Notes under the pieces: generated by a model
Seen by the model: the letters and a program-made list of their open reading frames with translations, nothing else
Database searches by the model: none
What the model was told of the DNA's origin: nothing
DNA from: Oscillospiraceae bacterium
GTDB taxonomy: Bacteria > Bacillota > Clostridia > Oscillospirales > SIG627
Assembly (NCBI GenBank): GCA_015064635.1
Contig: SVRV01000005.1
Coordinates: 32,858 to 96,857, forward strand
Direction: 5' to 3'
DNA length: 64,000 nucleotides
In this document: one piece after another, positions 62,131-64,000 of the stretch
How the letters are laid out: each line of letters starts with the position of its first letter
How positions within the stretch are numbered: position 1 is the first letter of the stretch
Program-made: the position numbers and the translations under genes

Positions 62131-63387
62131 CTAATCCTTTATTATCAAATCACAAAAGAATCCGTCTTCCCACAAGTCAGTGGGAAATGATGTTCTCGGA
62201 AATCCTTCGGCTCTGTGAAATCCTTTATGTGTTTTTAAAAATTCGTCTGTTATTTTTTCATTTTCCTCGGGGTTAAGTGTGCAGGTCGAATACATAAGCC
62301 TACCGCCTTTTTTCAAATACTCCGATGAAGCGTTAAGAATATTCAATTGAATCTCGGGAAGCCTTTCTATATCGCTCAAATTTTTGTATTTAATATCCGG
62401 CTTCTTGGCAATTATACCAAGTCCCGAGCAAGGCACGTCGCATATAACCGCATCAGCACAGCCCTTCAAATCTTCACGTGGCTTTGTAGCGTTAAGCTCG
62501 GCGGTTTCGATAATATCTATTCCAAGTCTTTTTGCTCCCTTTGTAACAAGAGAAAGCTTATTTGCGTGAAGGTCAAAAGAATATATCTTCCCTTTGTTTT
62601 GCATATCAATTGCTGCAGAAAAGCTTTTTCCACCCGGGCAAGAGCAAGTATCTATGACGGTCTCACCGGGAGAGAGCTTCAACGCACTGACAGCATACCT
62701 GGAATTTGAACCTTGAATGAAAAATTTTCCCTCATCAAATCCGTAAAGCGCTTCTGCATTTCCCGATGTATATATGATATCGGGCAAATTGGGATGTACA
62801 TGACCTTCTATATGCTCCAGAATTTCCTCCGCCGTGCATTTTAAGGTGTTTACTCTGAGAGTAAGCGGAGGATTCACCGAAAATCCCTTCAAGATTTCAA
62901 CGGTCTTCTCTTCTCCGTAGCCTTTTGTCCATATATCAATTATGTATTGCGGAACAGAGTACTTTATTTGAAGCGGTGCATTTTCCATCTGCTCCTGCAA
63001 CAAAGCTTTATTTTTTGCCACATTTCTCAAAACTGCATTGACGTAAGATTTTGATTTGTGAGAAACAAGTTTAACCGATTCGTCACACGCCGAAAATGCA
63101 GGAATCCTGTCCATGTACATTATCTGATATATTCCAAGCCTGAGTGAAATAAGAGTGTCCGCATCAAGCTCCTCTACGGGAAGTTTTGAATATTTATCTA
63201 TAATCCAATCAAGTGTTATGCTTTTTTCTATGACACCGTAAACAAGTGCCGTATAAAGAGCTTTGTCCCTTTGCTCAAGAGATACTCTTGATAAGTTTGT
63301 AAGTACTTCAAGATTTGAATATTTACCGTCCTTGAAGCACTTTTTCAAGCTTTCAAAGGAAAGCTCTCTGGGCGTTTTGATTTTCAT
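62131..63387 (-). CDS. rsmB: 16S rRNA (cytosine967-C5)-methyltransferase
   Basis: NusB-like N-terminus, DTCSCPGGKS, DVPCSGLG and YSTCT motifs. Confidence 0.9.
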   Translation of the reverse strand: MKIKTPRELSFESLKKCFKDGKYSNLEVLTNLSRVSLEQRDKALYTALVYGVIEKSITLDWIIDKYSKLPVEELDADTLISLRLGIYQIMYMDRIPAFSACDESVKLVSHKSKSYVNAVLRNVAKNKALLQEQMENAPLQIKYSVPQYIIDIWTKGYGEEKTVEILKGFSVNPPLTLRVNTLKCTAEEILEHIEGHVHPNLPDIIYTSGNAEALYGFDEGKFFIQGSNSRYAVSALKLSPGETVIDTCSCPGGKSFSAAIDMQNKGKIYSFDLHANKLSLVTKGAKRLGIDIIETAELNATKPREDLKGCADAVICDVPCSGLGIIAKKPDIKYKNLSDIERLPEIQLNILNASSEYLKKGGRLMYSTCTLNPEENEKITDEFLKTHKGFHRAEGFPRTSFPTDLWEDGFFCDLIIKD

Positions 63388-63396
63388 AAAAATTCC

Positions 63397-64000
63397 TTAA
63401 TCGTCTCTACGGTTTACCAACATATAAAGTCTGAGCAGGTTCGCAAGTGAAGAAGCAAGTGCCGCAACATAAGTCATTGCCGCCGCAGAAAGCACCTTTC
63501 GTGCACTTTTAATTTCATCCCCTACAAGAATACCTTCTGTTTCAAGACAGTTAAGTGCTCGGGATGAAGCATTGAACTCAACGGGAAGTGTAACAAGCTG
63601 GAACACCGCCGCAAGTCCGAAAAGTGCCACTCCTATATATGCCAAGTCAAGTGCTCCAAGTATAAGTCCTAAAAGAACGAGAGGCATAGCAAGGTTTGAG
63701 CCTATCTGACAAACGGGGACTATTGCCGTTCTTATTTTAATTGGAAAATATCCTGTTGCATGCTGAACTGCATGACCTGCCTCGTGTGCCGCAACTCCAA
63801 GAGCAGCAACAGATGTGGAGTCATACACTTCCTCGGAAAGTCTTATTACGTTTGCCTTTGGGTCATAATGGTCTGTAAGCTTTCCGCTCACCTTTTCCAC
63901 ACGGACATCATAAACACCGCCTGCGTGGAGCACAGCCATTGCACATTCCGCACCTGTTCGTCCGTGAACGTTTTTGATTTTTGAATATTTCTTAAAGGTT
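63397..64000 (-). CDS. YugP-family zinc metallopeptidase (N-terminus outside the window)
   Basis: AAHEAGHAVQH zincin motif. The frame stays open upstream of the track ORF to base 64000 (TFKKYSKIKNVHGRTGAECA...). Confidence 0.8.
   Translation of the reverse strand, partial: TFKKYSKIKNVHGRTGAECAMAVLHAGGVYDVRVEKVSGKLTDHYDPKANVIRLSEEVYDSTSVAALGVAAHEAGHAVQHATGYFPIKIRTAIVPVCQIGSNLAMPLVLLGLILGALDLAYIGVALFGLAAVFQLVTLPVEFNASSRALNCLETEGILVGDEIKSARKVLSAAAMTYVAALASSLANLLRLYMLVNRRDD

Overview
This is a 64 kb chromosomal window from a low-GC Gram-positive anaerobe, probably a Clostridia (Oscillospiraceae/Ruminococcaceae-like) gut organism. That placement is inferred from gene content only. All family calls come from reading motifs in the supplied translations; no BLAST, HMM or RNA-folding run was possible.

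Gene content, in order:
- 1-4.3 kb: two SGNH hydrolases and a redox-stress cluster (flavin reductase, ArsC/Spx-like protein, flavodoxin-ferredoxin fusion, reverse rubrerythrin, Rrf2 regulator).
- 4.3-7.6 kb: a 1112-aa fusion of a processive GT2 synthase and an LtaS-like phosphotransferase.
- 7.8-13.2 kb: a GH39-like hydrolase, an AbrB-like regulator, an MBL hydrolase, and a Gfo/Idh/MocA oxidoreductase with a class-III aminotransferase.
- 13.4-21.6 kb: a complete shikimate plus Phe/Tyr operon (aroF-tyrA-aroB-aroA-aroC-pheA-aroE/K-aroQ).
- 21.7-29.4 kb: accessory carbohydrate genes and regulators.
- 29.4-39.2 kb: an AraC-controlled operon combining an enolase-superfamily dehydratase, an RraA-like aldolase, an SDR, an MBL hydrolase, a serine hydrolase and three GH10-like paralogs.
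- 39.2-54.7 kb: an XRE/lipoprotein module, an SLH-tethered orphan solute-binding protein, a tandem pair of QueG/RdhA-like Fe-S proteins with an AraC regulator, and various housekeeping genes.
- 54.8-64 kb: the conserved Firmicute clusters ylxM-ffh-rpsP-KH and yugP-rsmB-rlmN-stp-prkC-rsgA.

No rRNA, tRNA, CRISPR array, transposase or integrase was recognised.

Most interesting observations:
1. A Tyr/Phe-rich 21-codon leader ORF plus intrinsic terminator upstream of the aro operon, a candidate ribosome-mediated attenuator.
2. The GT2(QxxRW)-LtaS fusion.
3. The translationally coupled QueG/RdhA-like pair.
4. A ~68-nt two-hairpin intergenic repeat present twice, with compensatory substitutions in its stem.
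5. The sugar-acid/GH10-like locus.
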